Part shown: in pieces, positions 1-10,394 of the stretch
Layout of the letters: each line of letters starts with the position of its first letter
How positions within the stretch are numbered: position 1 is the first letter of the stretch
Origin: Candidatus Eiseniibacteriota bacterium
GTDB lineage: Bacteria > Eisenbacteria > RBG-16-71-46
Reading direction: 5' to 3'
NCBI GenBank assembly: GCA_963744995.1
Contig: CAVUWA010000002.1
Location: 1,088,001 to 1,152,000 of the forward strand
Length of the DNA: 64,000 nucleotides
Translations under genes and position numbers: made by a program
The notes under the pieces: generated by a model
What the model was told of the DNA's origin: nothing
Database searches by the model: none
Seen by the model: the letters and a program-made list of their open reading frames with translations, nothing else

Positions 1-1
1 C

Positions 2-268
2 CGGCTGCGCGTGCGCCTCGACGATCTCGTCCGGCAGGGCGTGCGGCGCCTGATCCTGGATCTCGCCGGGCTGCAGCACGTCGACTACCGGCTGGTGCCC
101 GCGCTGACCGAAGCGCTCGAGCGCTTCGAGGCGCGTTCCGGCGCGGTGGCGGTGTGCGGACTGTCTCCGTACCTGCGCGACATCCTGCGCCTCGCCGGCT
201 GCGAGCCGCGCCTGAACTGCTGGCCGCCGGACGCTGCGGCGGAAACGCCGCGTGAGCTTGCGTCATGA
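2..268 (+). CDS. STAS-domain (anti-anti-sigma-like) protein, 5'-truncated by window edge
   Basis: LILDLAGLQHVDYRL...VAVCGLSPYLRDILRLAG fits the STAS pattern; frame is open to the window start; overlaps rsmH start. Confidence 0.75.
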   Translation, partial: RLRVRLDDLVRQGVRRLILDLAGLQHVDYRLVPALTEALERFEARSGAVAVCGLSPYLRDILRLAGCEPRLNCWPPDAAAETPRELAS

Positions 269-1178
269 GCCGGTGCTTCTGGACGAAGCCCTCGGCTGGT
301 GGTGGGCGGGCCCCGGGCTCTATCTGGACGCCACCCTCGGCTTCGCCGGCCACGCCGCAGCGCTGCTCGAACGTCATCCGGACGCGCGCCTGCTGGGCAG
401 CGACCGCGACCCGGCAGCCCTCGCCCTGGCGCGCGCGCGGCTCGCGCCGTTCGGATCGCGTGTGATGCTGGCCCAGGCCTCCTTCGGCGAGCTGCCGTCC
501 GTGCACGCGCGCTCGGGAGGAGAGCCTCTCGCCGGGGCACTGCTCGACCTCGGCCTTTCCTCCATGCAGATCGACGATCCGGCCCGCGGCATGAGCTTCA
601 TGCACGACGGGCCGCTCGACCTGCGCATGAATCCCGGGGAAGGCGAGCCCGCGTCGGTGCGGCTCGCGCAGGTGGACGAGGACACGCTGGCCGAAGTGCT
701 GCGGACCCACGGCGATCTGCGTGGGGCCCGCCGCCTGGCGCGCGCCATCGTCGCGGAAGCCGGGCGCGGGGGTCTCCCCACGACTCGCGCGCTTCATGCG
801 GTGGTGGATCGCGCGCTGGGCGGTCGGCCTCACCCGCGCCGTTACGCGCAGGTGTTCCAGGCGCTGCGCATGTGGATCAACCAGGAAGCCGAACATCTGG
901 ATGCGCTGCTGGATTGGCTGCCGGAGGCCGTGCGGGCCGGCGGCGTGGTGGTGACCCTCGCCTATCACTCGGGCGAGGATCGCAGGATCAAGCAGGCCAT
1001 GCGGGGACGCGACGTCGGCCGACCCGCACGCCGCCTGCCGGTGACGGACGCACCCGGGACGGATTCGCCCTGGGAACCTCTGACCCGTGGTGTGGTCAAA
1101 CCCTCGGATGAAGAAACCGCCCGCAATCCGCGCTCGCGCAGCGCACGACTGCGGGCGTTCCGGAGGAAGTCTCGATGA
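252..1178 (+). CDS. rsmH: 16S rRNA m4C1402 methyltransferase
   Basis: HEPVLL, DATLGFAGHA, DLGLSSMQ, YHSGEDR, NPRSRSARLR motifs; head of dcw cluster. Confidence 0.97.
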   Translation: MSLRHEPVLLDEALGWWWAGPGLYLDATLGFAGHAAALLERHPDARLLGSDRDPAALALARARLAPFGSRVMLAQASFGELPSVHARSGGEPLAGALLDLGLSSMQIDDPARGMSFMHDGPLDLRMNPGEGEPASVRLAQVDEDTLAEVLRTHGDLRGARRLARAIVAEAGRGGLPTTRALHAVVDRALGGRPHPRRYAQVFQALRMWINQEAEHLDALLDWLPEAVRAGGVVVTLAYHSGEDRRIKQAMRGRDVGRPARRLPVTDAPGTDSPWEPLTRGVVKPSDEETARNPRSRSARLRAFRRKSR

Positions 1179-1609
1179 AGGGCCGAAACCTTCGTTCACG
1201 CCCGTTCTGGCAGTCGGTCGAGTCGCGTCCGGTGCGCCCGGAACTGTGGCTCGTCGCCGTCGTCGTCGTCGGCATCCTGCTGGTCGAGGTCTGGCAGAGC
1301 TCGCGCGTGGCGGAGCTCAGCATGGCCCTCGACCGGACCCGCCTGGCGCTCAATGAAACCCGCGTGCACGTGGACTACCTGCGCGCGGACAACGAGCGCC
1401 GGATCACCCGCGCCGAACTCGCCCCGGTCGCCCGCCAGCTGCATCTGGCGCCGGCTCAGGTGCACCAGGTGGTGGCATTGCCGTCCGCGTACCTCGCGGA
1501 GGGCCGTCCGGCCGAACGCCGGACCGCGCCGTCGCTCTGGACATGGGCGGAAAGGGCATCCCGCGCACTCGTGCCGGAAGCGACGGCACGCGGGCGCAGC
1601 GCCGACTGA
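1175..1609 (+). CDS. ftsL: Cell division protein FtsL-like
   Basis: Single TM followed by a coiled coil, between rsmH and ftsI, ATGA overlap. Confidence 0.75.
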   Translation: MKGRNLRSRPFWQSVESRPVRPELWLVAVVVVGILLVEVWQSSRVAELSMALDRTRLALNETRVHVDYLRADNERRITRAELAPVARQLHLAPAQVHQVVALPSAYLAEGRPAERRTAPSLWTWAERASRALVPEATARGRSAD

Positions 1610-1711
1610 TTCGACAAAGGCATCGGACGGCCGGAAGGCCGGTCGTACCTCAGCACCGCGCTTGTGAAGGCCCGGCGGTCTGCGTGAACCGCCGTTCCAC
1701 GGAGGGAAGAG

Positions 1712-3856
1712 TTGGCCCACAGGGACATGCGCAGGAGTCGGGTGCTGGTGGTGGCGGCCGGCCTTCTGGCTGGTTTCGCACTGCTGTGGCTGCGCGCCGG
1801 GTGGCTGCAGGTCGTGATGCACGCGCACTATGCGGCGCGCGCCGAACGGAACCAGGAGCACCGCATCCTGATCAAGCCGGCGCGCGGCAACCTGCTCGAC
1901 CGGCACGGCCGTCTGCTGGCGCGCGATCTGCAGACCTATTCGATCTCCGCGGCGCCGCGCGAGATGGACGATCCCGCCGCCACGGCACGGTCGCTGGCGC
2001 GGATCCTCAAGCTCGACGTGCGCCGTCTGCAGAAGAAGTTCAGGCAGCGCCCGGCCTATGTGGCCGTCGCACGCCAGGTGACGCCGGAGATCGCCGAGAA
2101 GGTGGAAGCCATCAAGGGCCGCGGACTCTACCTGACGCGTGAGACGCAGCGCGAGTACCTGCTCGGCGACGCGGCGGAAGAACTGATCGGCTGCACCGAC
2201 GTGGACAACAACGGCATCGCAGGGCTCGAGCTGCAACTCGACGATGAGCTCAGCGGGAGCGCCGGCTGGGCCACCATGTTCCGCGACGGCCGCGGCCACG
2301 TGATGTCGCTGCCGCGCGGGCTGCGCCGCAACCCGACCGACGGCAACAGCGCCGTGCTCACGATCGACGCGGATCTGCAGTCGATCCTCGAGACCCATCT
2401 GGCGCGCGCAGTGGATACGCTTCAGGCCAAGCACGCGTTCGGCGTGTTCATCGATCCGCGCACCGGTGAGGTGCTGGCCTCGGTCAGCGTGCCGCACGAA
2501 GGGCCGGGGCGCGGTCGCAACTGGGCGTTCGTGGATCAGTACGAACCCGGTTCGACCTTCAAGATCGTCGTCGCCGGCGCCGCGCTCGAAGACGGCGTCG
2601 TGACGCCGAACCAGTACATCGAGGCCTCCGAAACCGGCGTCGCCAGGGTCGCTCCGGGCGCGGTGTTCCGCGACACCCACCGCGAAGCCGGCTACTCGTT
2701 CTTCGATGCGGTCCGCTACTCGAGCAACATCGTCATGGGCAAGGTCGCGGTCATGGTCGGCGACGAGGAGATGTACCGCTATGCGACCGCGATGGGCTTC
2801 GGCAGCATGACCGGCATCGACTTCCCGGGCGAAGCGGGCGGCACGCTGCGCAGCCCGGCACGCTGGTCGGCGCGCTCCGCGCCGACGATCGCCATCGGGT
2901 ACGAAGTGTCGGTCACCGCGCTGCAGCTCGCGCTCGCGTACGGCGCGGTCGCGAACGGAGGCGTGCTGATGACGCCGCAGCTCGTGCGCGAGGTGCGTGA
3001 CGTCGACGGCCGCGTCGTGCGGCGCATGACGCCGCGCGCCTCCCATCGGGTGTTGAGCCAGCACACCTCGGCCACGCTGCTCGAGATGCTCACCGCCGTG
3101 GTGGACAGCGGCACGGCGAAGGCCGCACGGGTGCCCGGGCTCAGGATCGCCGGCAAGACCGGTACGGCGCGCAAGTACGACGCCCAGGACGGCGGCTACA
3201 CGCAGCGCAAGTACCACGCGTCGTTCGCGGGCATTGCGCCGGCCGACGATCCGGTGCTGGTCGGCGTGATCGTCGTCGACGAGCCGAGCGGCCGGCACTA
3301 CTACGGCGGCGACGCCGCGGCGCCGGTCTTCCGCGAGGTGATCAAGGACCTGTGCCGGCTGCCCGACGGCCCGCTCACCACCGATCCGTCGCGGGTCGCG
3401 GTACGGCCGCCGGCGCCGGCGCCGGTGACCGTGCCGGACGTGCGCCTGATGCGCCCCGAGGGCGTCCGCCGCGAGCTGGCGCGCGAAGGACTGCGCGCCC
3501 GGTTCATCGGCAGGGGCCCGCGCGCGCTGGCGCAGGCGCCGGCCGCCGGCCACGCGGTCGAGAAGGGCGCCGCCATCACGGTGTACCTCGCCGCACCCGA
3601 TGACTCGGCATCGAAGGTCATGCCCGACCTTGCCGGGCTCACGATCCGCGAGGCGCTGCGCGTGCTGTCGGCGGTCGGTATGGTGCCGCAGGTCTCGGGC
3701 AGCGGACTCGTGGCGCGCCAGCGACCCGCACCCGGGGCGCCGCTCGATCCGCACGCCGACTGCATGATCTGGTGCCGGAACGGCGTCTCGGACGTGGACA
3801 CCGAAAGCGGCGCGTACGCGATCCCGGCCGCGGTGACGGGGTCGGAGCGGCCGTGA
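1712..3856 (+). CDS. ftsI: Class B PBP (FtsI/PBP3) with two C-terminal PASTA domains
   Basis: RGNLLDRHG dimerisation domain; STFK, SSN, KTG motifs; VPDV/MPDL PASTA repeats; GGAGGG before TTG start. Confidence 0.95.
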   Translation: MAHRDMRRSRVLVVAAGLLAGFALLWLRAGWLQVVMHAHYAARAERNQEHRILIKPARGNLLDRHGRLLARDLQTYSISAAPREMDDPAATARSLARILKLDVRRLQKKFRQRPAYVAVARQVTPEIAEKVEAIKGRGLYLTRETQREYLLGDAAEELIGCTDVDNNGIAGLELQLDDELSGSAGWATMFRDGRGHVMSLPRGLRRNPTDGNSAVLTIDADLQSILETHLARAVDTLQAKHAFGVFIDPRTGEVLASVSVPHEGPGRGRNWAFVDQYEPGSTFKIVVAGAALEDGVVTPNQYIEASETGVARVAPGAVFRDTHREAGYSFFDAVRYSSNIVMGKVAVMVGDEEMYRYATAMGFGSMTGIDFPGEAGGTLRSPARWSARSAPTIAIGYEVSVTALQLALAYGAVANGGVLMTPQLVREVRDVDGRVVRRMTPRASHRVLSQHTSATLLEMLTAVVDSGTAKAARVPGLRIAGKTGTARKYDAQDGGYTQRKYHASFAGIAPADDPVLVGVIVVDEPSGRHYYGGDAAAPVFREVIKDLCRLPDGPLTTDPSRVAVRPPAPAPVTVPDVRLMRPEGVRRELAREGLRARFIGRGPRALAQAPAAGHAVEKGAAITVYLAAPDDSASKVMPDLAGLTIREALRVLSAVGMVPQVSGSGLVARQRPAPGAPLDPHADCMIWCRNGVSDVDTESGAYAIPAAVTGSERP

Positions 3857-5376
3857 CCGTGCGCGAGGTGCTGGAGGACGCGCGGATCGTGCGCGCCCGC
3901 GGAACGCTGGATGCGCGTGTCGAGGGACTCGCCTACGACTCGCGGCGCGTGCGTCCGGGTGATCTGTTTTTCGGGCTGAGTGGCCTGAAGCAGGACGGAC
4001 AGGCCTATGTTCGTCAGGCGCTCACAGCCGGCGCCGTGGCGGCGGTGGTCGAAAGGGACATCCATCTTCCGGGGGCGACTCTGGTGCAGGTGGACGAAAC
4101 CCGGACGGCCCTCGCTCAGGCCTCAGCCCGTTTCTTCTCCTTCCCGTCACGCGCGCTGCGCGTGGCCGGCGTGACGGGGACCAACGGCAAGACCACGACG
4201 ACCTTCCTGCTCGAGGCGGTGTTCCGCGCCGCCGGCTGGCGCACGGGGGTCATCGGCACCACCGGGATCAGGCTGGAGGACGAGCACCGCGCGGCGGCGT
4301 TCACGACGCCGGAGGCGCCGGAGCTGCAGGGGCTGCTGCGCGAGATGGCCGATCGCGGCATCCACGCGGTGGCGATCGAGGTCAGCAGCCACGCGCTCCA
4401 CCAGAAGCGCAGCTACGCGCTCGAATGCGACGTGGTCGTGTTCACCAATCTGACCCAGGACCATCTCGACTACCACGGCACCATGGACGCCTACCGCGAC
4501 GCCAAGGCGATGCTGTTCGACGGCCGCAACGGTCCGAACACCAAGCCCGCTGTGGCGGTGATCAACGTGGACGACCCCGCGGCGCCCGCGTTCCGCGAGG
4601 CGGCGCGCCGCGGGGGGATGAAGGAGATGCTCTACAGCGCAGACCCGGAGGGGCCCGACTTCGGCATCGACGTGCATGCCGAGGGCGTCCGCCCCGTCGC
4701 GCGGGGACTCGAGATCCAGGTGTACGTGGACCTCATGCACGGCCGGTTCCGGGGCAAACCTGGCGAGGGCGAGTCCACCTTCACCCTGCCGCTGCTCGGA
4801 CGGCACAACGCCTCGAACGCCGCGGCGGCGTTCACGGCCGGACTCGGCCTGGGCATCGACCCGCGCACGATCATGCGCGGCCTCGAAGCCGCGCCGCCGG
4901 TGCCCGGCCGTCTCGAGCGCGTCGTCGCCGGGCAGCCGTTCGAGGTGATCGTGGACTACGCCCATACCCCCGATGCGCTGATCCACGCGCTCGCCGCGGT
5001 GCGCGAGCACGTCCACGGGCGGCTCCTCACGGTGTTCGGCTGTGGCGGCGATCGCGACCGCGGCAAGCGCCCGCTCATGGGCGGCGCCGCGGCGGCGGGG
5101 AGCGACGTCGCCTGGGTGACGAACGACAATCCGCGCAGCGAGGACCCGCGGCGGATCGCGGACGAAGTGCGGAAGGGCGCGCCCGCGGGCGCGCTCCGGG
5201 TCGAGCTCGACCGGCGCGCGGCGATCGCCGCCGCGCTCGCCGCGGCGCGGCCGGGCGATGCGGTGCTGATCGCCGGCAAGGGCCACGAGGCCACGCAGAC
5301 CTTCGCCGATCGCACGGTGCCGTTCGACGACCGCGAGGTGGCGCGCGAACTGCTCGCAGGCGGGGCCGGAGGATGA
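3853..5376 (+). CDS. murE: UDP-MurNAc-tripeptide synthetase (meso-DAP type)
   Basis: GVTGTNGKTT, TTPE, DYAHTPD, DNPR, AGKGHE; GTGA overlap with ftsI. Confidence 0.96.
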   Translation: MTVREVLEDARIVRARGTLDARVEGLAYDSRRVRPGDLFFGLSGLKQDGQAYVRQALTAGAVAAVVERDIHLPGATLVQVDETRTALAQASARFFSFPSRALRVAGVTGTNGKTTTTFLLEAVFRAAGWRTGVIGTTGIRLEDEHRAAAFTTPEAPELQGLLREMADRGIHAVAIEVSSHALHQKRSYALECDVVVFTNLTQDHLDYHGTMDAYRDAKAMLFDGRNGPNTKPAVAVINVDDPAAPAFREAARRGGMKEMLYSADPEGPDFGIDVHAEGVRPVARGLEIQVYVDLMHGRFRGKPGEGESTFTLPLLGRHNASNAAAAFTAGLGLGIDPRTIMRGLEAAPPVPGRLERVVAGQPFEVIVDYAHTPDALIHALAAVREHVHGRLLTVFGCGGDRDRGKRPLMGGAAAAGSDVAWVTNDNPRSEDPRRIADEVRKGAPAGALRVELDRRAAIAAALAAARPGDAVLIAGKGHEATQTFADRTVPFDDREVARELLAGGAGG

Positions 5377-6788
5377 TCGCCACGGCCGCCGTCCGCATCA
5401 CCCTGCCCGAGATCGCCCGCTTCGCCGAGGGCGATCTCGTCGTTCCCAGCGTGCCGGACCATCCGACCGATCGGGAGGCGCTGCTGCGCTCGGGGGTCGC
5501 GGGCGCGAGCATCGACACGCGCACGCTCGCCCCGGGCGAGCTGTTCGTGCCGCTTCCCGGCGCGCGCGTGGACGGTCACGCGTTCATCGCCGAGGCGTTC
5601 AGGCGCGGCGCCGGCGCCGCGCTCTGCGAGCGGGACCGCTACGAGCCGCTGCGCGGCCGCGAGCCCGGCCCGCTCGTGCTGGTCAGGAACGCGACGCTGG
5701 CGCTCGCGATGATCGCGCATCGCTATCGCCAGACCTGGCAGGGCCTGCTCATGGGGGTGACCGGCAGCAGCGGCAAGACGACGACGAAGGAGCTGGTGGC
5801 TGCCGCGTTCGAGACCGCGGCGCCGACGCTGCGGACCGAGGGCAACCTGAACAACCACTGGGGCGTGCCGCTCACGCTGCTGCGTCTCGCTCCCGAGCAT
5901 CGCGTGGCGGTCGTCGAGATCGCGATGAACGCGCCCGGCGAAATCGAAGAACTCGCCCGCATCGCCGTGCCCGGCGCCGCGATCGTCACCAACGCGGGCC
6001 GCGCGCACCTCGAGCGTTTCGGCACGGTCGAAGCCATCGCCCGCGAGAAGATCTCGATCGCCGGGAGGCTCGGTGCACACGAGGTCGCGCTGGTCGGCGC
6101 GGATGCGCCGGCGCTCGCGGCGGCCGCACGCACGCTCGCCTGCCGCGTGGTCACCTACGGTCTCGCCGCCGACGCCGACGTCCGGCCGAGCGCGCTCGAG
6201 GATCTGGGACCCGAAGGCTCGCGCGTGACGGTCGAGGGGTTCCCGCCGGTCCACCTGCGCCTGATCGGCCGCCACATGGTGCAGAACGCGCTCGCTGCGT
6301 TCGCCGCCGCGCGCGAATACCGTCTGGATCCCGAAGCGGTGGCGCGCGCGCTCGAGGCGCACCGCCCGCACAAGGGTCGGATGGAGCGCCGCACGGCGCA
6401 GGGCGCGACCCTGCTGGTCGACTGCTACAACGCCAACCCCGATGCGACCCGCGCCGCGCTCGAGACGCTCGCCGCCTGGCCCGGCGTGACGCGCCGCATC
6501 GCCGTGCTCGGCGACATGCTGGAGCTCGGCGCGACCGCGCCCGCGCTGCATCGCGAGACCGGCGCCGCCGTGAAGGGCGCCGAGCTGTGGGCCGTGGGCG
6601 AGTTCGCGGACGACTACGCCGCCGGCGCGCGCGCGGCCGGCGTTCCCGTGCGCACCTTCGCCAGCCGCGAAGCGGTGCGCGACGCCCTGCGCGCAGCACT
6701 GGCGCCCGGCACGGTGGTGCTGCTCAAGGCCTCGCGCGGCGCGGCGCTCGAGCAGGTGCTCGAAGGCATCCGGACGGAGGCGGCCTGA
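5373..6788 (+). CDS. murF: UDP-MurNAc-pentapeptide synthetase
   Basis: GVTGSSGKTTTKE, NLNNHWGVPLTL, DCYNANP, LGDMLELG, KASRG. Confidence 0.96.
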   Translation: MIATAAVRITLPEIARFAEGDLVVPSVPDHPTDREALLRSGVAGASIDTRTLAPGELFVPLPGARVDGHAFIAEAFRRGAGAALCERDRYEPLRGREPGPLVLVRNATLALAMIAHRYRQTWQGLLMGVTGSSGKTTTKELVAAAFETAAPTLRTEGNLNNHWGVPLTLLRLAPEHRVAVVEIAMNAPGEIEELARIAVPGAAIVTNAGRAHLERFGTVEAIAREKISIAGRLGAHEVALVGADAPALAAAARTLACRVVTYGLAADADVRPSALEDLGPEGSRVTVEGFPPVHLRLIGRHMVQNALAAFAAAREYRLDPEAVARALEAHRPHKGRMERRTAQGATLLVDCYNANPDATRAALETLAAWPGVTRRIAVLGDMLELGATAPALHRETGAAVKGAELWAVGEFADDYAAGARAAGVPVRTFASREAVRDALRAALAPGTVVLLKASRGAALEQVLEGIRTEAA

Positions 6789-7879
6789 TGTTCTACGAAT
6801 GGGTCTATCCGCTCCACGAGGTGCACGGGCTCGGCTTCCTGAACGTGATCCGCTACATCACGTTCCGCTCCGCGTACGCCGCGATCACCGCGCTGGTGCT
6901 GTGCTACTTCCTGGGGCCGCCGCTGATCCGCTGGCTCGAGCGCGTGAAGCTCGGCCAGAAGATCCGCGCCGAGGGGCCGCAGAGCCACCTGAGCAAGGCC
7001 GGTACGCCGACCATGGGCGGGCTGCTGATCGTGACCGCGATCGTGGTGCCCTCGCTGCTGTTCGGCAATCTGCACTCCCGCGAGCTGTGGCTCGCCATTG
7101 CGACGACCGCATGGCTCGGCGCGATCGGGTTCCTCGACGACTGGCTGCGCGTGGTGAAGGGCTTCCCGAAGGGCCTGCTCGGGCGCTACAAGATGGCCGG
7201 GCAGTTCGCGATCGGGCTCGTGATCGGCGTGGTGCTCACGTTCTGGCCCGAGCCCGGCCTCAACGGGACGACGACGCACGTGCCGTTCCTCAAGTTCCAG
7301 TTCATCGATTTCGGCTGGCTGTTCATTCCGTTCGTGATCCTGGTGATCACCGGCACGTCCAACGCGGTGAACCTCACCGACGGGCTCGACGGGCTGGCCT
7401 CGGGGCTGGTCGCGATCGCCGCCGTCGCGCTCGCCGGGCTCTGCTACCTGAGCGGGCACGCCAAGTTCTCCGAGTACCTGAACATCAGCTACCTGGCCTA
7501 CGGCGGCGAGCTCACGGTGTTCTGCGCCGCGGTCCTGGGAGCGTCGCTGGGCTTTCTCTGGTACAACTGCCATCCGGCGGACGTGTTCATGGGGGACACC
7601 GGCTCGCTCGCCCTGGGCGGCGCGCTCGGCGCGGTCGCCGTGCTGATCAAGCGCGAGTTCTGGCTGGTGCTGATCGGCGGGGTGTTCGTCGCCGAAACGC
7701 TGTCGGTCATGATCCAGGTCGCCTCGTTCAAGGTCTTCAAGCGGCGCGTGTTCCGCATGTCGCCGCTTCACCATCACTTCGAACTGTCGGGGTGGGCGGA
7801 GTCGCGGGTGGTGCTGCGCTTCTACATCATCGCCGCGCTGCTCGCGCTGCTGTCCCTCTCGACGCTCAAACTCCAGTGA
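6788..7879 (+). CDS. mraY: Phospho-MurNAc-pentapeptide transferase
   Basis: KAGTPTMGG, NAVNLTDGLDGL, FMGDTGS, PLHHHFE; polytopic membrane protein. Confidence 0.98.
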   Translation: MFYEWVYPLHEVHGLGFLNVIRYITFRSAYAAITALVLCYFLGPPLIRWLERVKLGQKIRAEGPQSHLSKAGTPTMGGLLIVTAIVVPSLLFGNLHSRELWLAIATTAWLGAIGFLDDWLRVVKGFPKGLLGRYKMAGQFAIGLVIGVVLTFWPEPGLNGTTTHVPFLKFQFIDFGWLFIPFVILVITGTSNAVNLTDGLDGLASGLVAIAAVALAGLCYLSGHAKFSEYLNISYLAYGGELTVFCAAVLGASLGFLWYNCHPADVFMGDTGSLALGGALGAVAVLIKREFWLVLIGGVFVAETLSVMIQVASFKVFKRRVFRMSPLHHHFELSGWAESRVVLRFYIIAALLALLSLSTLKLQ

Positions 7880-9258
7880 CGATCGACGCCCGCCATCCGC
7901 TGCCCGGAACGCGCCCGCTGATCGCCGGCGCGGCCCGCTCCGGCGTCGCCGCGGCGCGTCTGCTCGCGGCCCACGGCCTCGACGTGCTGGTGTGCGACCG
8001 CGGTCCAGCGCGGCCCGACGCCGCGGCGGCGCTCGCCGCCGCCGGCGTGCGTGTGGCATGGGAGCGCGACGACGCCGGCCTGCTGGACGGCCGTGATTTC
8101 GTGGTATGGAGCCCGGGCATTCCGCTCACGCACCCGCTTGCGGCCGCGGCTCGCACGCGCGGCCTGCCGGTGCTGAGCGAACTCGAGATCGGTTATCTGG
8201 CGGCGCACGCGCCGCTCGCCTGCGTCACCGGCACCAACGGCAAGAGCACCACGACCGACCTCATCGGCGCACTGCTCGCAGGCGCCGGGCGCGAGGCCGC
8301 GGTGTGCGGCAACATCGGCCGCGCGGTGTGCGAGGTCGCCGAGCAGGTGGGCGCGGGCGGCGTGCTGATCGTCGAAGTGTCGTCGTTCCAGCTCGAGACC
8401 GTCCAGCGGCTCAGGCCATGGATCGCCGTGTGGCTCAACCTGACCCCGGACCACCTCGATCGCCACGAGTCGCTCGAGGCCTACGGCGCGCTCAAGGCAC
8501 GGCTGTTCGCGAACCAGACCGAGACCGACTGGCAGGTCGGGAACGCCGACGATCCGGAAGTCGTGAAGCGCCTCCCCGGGCGCGGACAGTCGCTGGCGTT
8601 CTCGCTGCGCGACCGCGTGGAGGAAGGCGCCTGGGTCGAGGACGGGTGGATCATGCTCGCGTGGCGCGGCGGCACCCGGGCGCTGATGCCGGCGTCGGGG
8701 CTGCGGCTGCGCGGTGCGCACAACCTCGCCAACGTGCTCGCGGCCGTCGCCGCCACGCTGCCGCTCGAGATCGCGCCCGAGCGCCTGCGCGCCACCCTCG
8801 AGACCTATTCCGGGCTCGAACACCGCCTGGAACCCGCCGGCGAAGTGGCCGGCGTGGCGTTCGTCAACGATTCGAAGGCCACCAATACGTCGTCGCTCGA
8901 GGTGGCCCTGCGAAGCTTCGACCAGCCGGTCGTCCTCATCGCCGGCGGCCGCGACAAGAATCAGGATTTTGCTCCGCTCCATCCGCTCGCGCGCGAACGG
9001 GTGGGGACGGCCATCTTGATCGGCGAGGGAGCGCCGCGCATCGCGGCGGCATGGCCCGACGTGCCGTCCGAGCGCGCGGCGACCCTGGAGGAGGCGGTCG
9101 ACCGCGCCTTCGCCGCGGCGCGCCGCGGCCCGGCGCCGCGGGTCGTGCTGCTGTCGCCCGGCTGCGCCTCGTACGACATGTTCACCGACTACGAGGACCG
9201 CGGCCGCCGTTTCAAGGCGGAAGTGGCCCGCCGCTCGCACGAAGGAGTCCGTTCATGA
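7876..9258 (+). CDS. murD: UDP-MurNAc-L-Ala-D-Glu ligase
   Basis: SPGI, VTGTNGKSTT, EVSSFQL, NDSKATN, LSPGCASYDMF. Confidence 0.96.
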   Translation: MTIDARHPLPGTRPLIAGAARSGVAAARLLAAHGLDVLVCDRGPARPDAAAALAAAGVRVAWERDDAGLLDGRDFVVWSPGIPLTHPLAAAARTRGLPVLSELEIGYLAAHAPLACVTGTNGKSTTTDLIGALLAGAGREAAVCGNIGRAVCEVAEQVGAGGVLIVEVSSFQLETVQRLRPWIAVWLNLTPDHLDRHESLEAYGALKARLFANQTETDWQVGNADDPEVVKRLPGRGQSLAFSLRDRVEEGAWVEDGWIMLAWRGGTRALMPASGLRLRGAHNLANVLAAVAATLPLEIAPERLRATLETYSGLEHRLEPAGEVAGVAFVNDSKATNTSSLEVALRSFDQPVVLIAGGRDKNQDFAPLHPLARERVGTAILIGEGAPRIAAAWPDVPSERAATLEEAVDRAFAAARRGPAPRVVLLSPGCASYDMFTDYEDRGRRFKAEVARRSHEGVRS

Positions 9259-10394
9259 CACGCGGCGACCGGTTGCTGCTGCTGCTGCCGCTCGCGCTCA
9301 CCGCGGTGGGCGTGGTGATGGTGTATTCGTCCAGCTCGATCATCGGGATCACCCGTTTCGACGATCCCAACTACTATCTGACCAAGCAGCTGCTGCGCGC
9401 CCTCCTGGGGGTGGTGGTGATGCTGCTGGTCTCGCGGATCCGCCTCGAGAAGCTCGAAGCGTTCGCTCCGATGCTGCTCGGGATCGCCGCGGCGATGCTG
9501 CTCGCGGTCGTGGTCGTCGGCCGCGTGTCGCACGGCGCGACCCGCTGGCTCTCGGTCGGATTCCTTTCCATCCAGCCGACCGACCTGGCGCGGCTGGCGA
9601 TGGTCCTGTTCCTCGCGCGCTGGCTGACGCGGCGGCCCCCGGACGGGCTCGGCTTCGTGCGCGGGGTGCTGCCGCCGCTCGCTGCGCTCGGCGTGGTCGC
9701 GGGGCTGATCCTGCTGCAACCGAACCTGAGCAGCACGGCACTGCTCTGCGTGACCGGCATGGCGATGCTGTTCCTCGGCGGCGCCCGCGTGCGGCACCTG
9801 CTGATCCCGATCGGAGCGGGGGCGCTGGTGGCGGTTCTCGCTCTGGCCACCCATCCCTATATGATGAGGCGCGTCGAGACCTTCATCGGGTTCCTGTTCG
9901 GCGGCCAGCTCGACGGCCGCGGCGCGGGCTGGCAGCTCGACCAGAGCCTGATCGCGATCGGCTCGGGCGGCTGGTTCGGCCGCGGCATCGGTGCGGGGCT
10001 GCAGAAGTACCTGTTCCTCCCGGAGGCGCATACGGACTTCATCTATTCGATCATGGCCGAGGAGACCGGCTTCATCGGCACGACCGTGCTGCTGGCGTTG
10101 CTGGCCGGCCTGGCCTGGCGCGGCCTGCGTGCCGCGGCGCGCGCCGAGGACCGCTTCGCCTACCTGCTCGCGGGCGGGCTCAGCCTGCAGCTCGCGCTGT
10201 ACGCGATCGCCAATCTCTCGGTCGCGACCGGGCTCGCGCCCACGACCGGACTGCCGCTGCCGTACGTGTCGTACGGCGGCTCCGCGCTGCTCGCCAACAT
10301 GGCGGCAGCGGGCCTGCTCTACCGGGTGAGCGCCGGCAACGAAACACGCGAGGCGCTCACGCGGCAGCGCTGGTCACGGGAGGTGACGGCATGA
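9255..10394 (+). CDS. ftsW: SEDS peptidoglycan polymerase FtsW
   Basis: GATRWL, QP, LPEAHTDFI, TGLPLPYVSYGGS motifs; dcw position. Confidence 0.95.
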   Translation: MTRGDRLLLLLPLALTAVGVVMVYSSSSIIGITRFDDPNYYLTKQLLRALLGVVVMLLVSRIRLEKLEAFAPMLLGIAAAMLLAVVVVGRVSHGATRWLSVGFLSIQPTDLARLAMVLFLARWLTRRPPDGLGFVRGVLPPLAALGVVAGLILLQPNLSSTALLCVTGMAMLFLGGARVRHLLIPIGAGALVAVLALATHPYMMRRVETFIGFLFGGQLDGRGAGWQLDQSLIAIGSGGWFGRGIGAGLQKYLFLPEAHTDFIYSIMAEETGFIGTTVLLALLAGLAWRGLRAAARAEDRFAYLLAGGLSLQLALYAIANLSVATGLAPTTGLPLPYVSYGGSALLANMAAAGLLYRVSAGNETREALTRQRWSREVTA

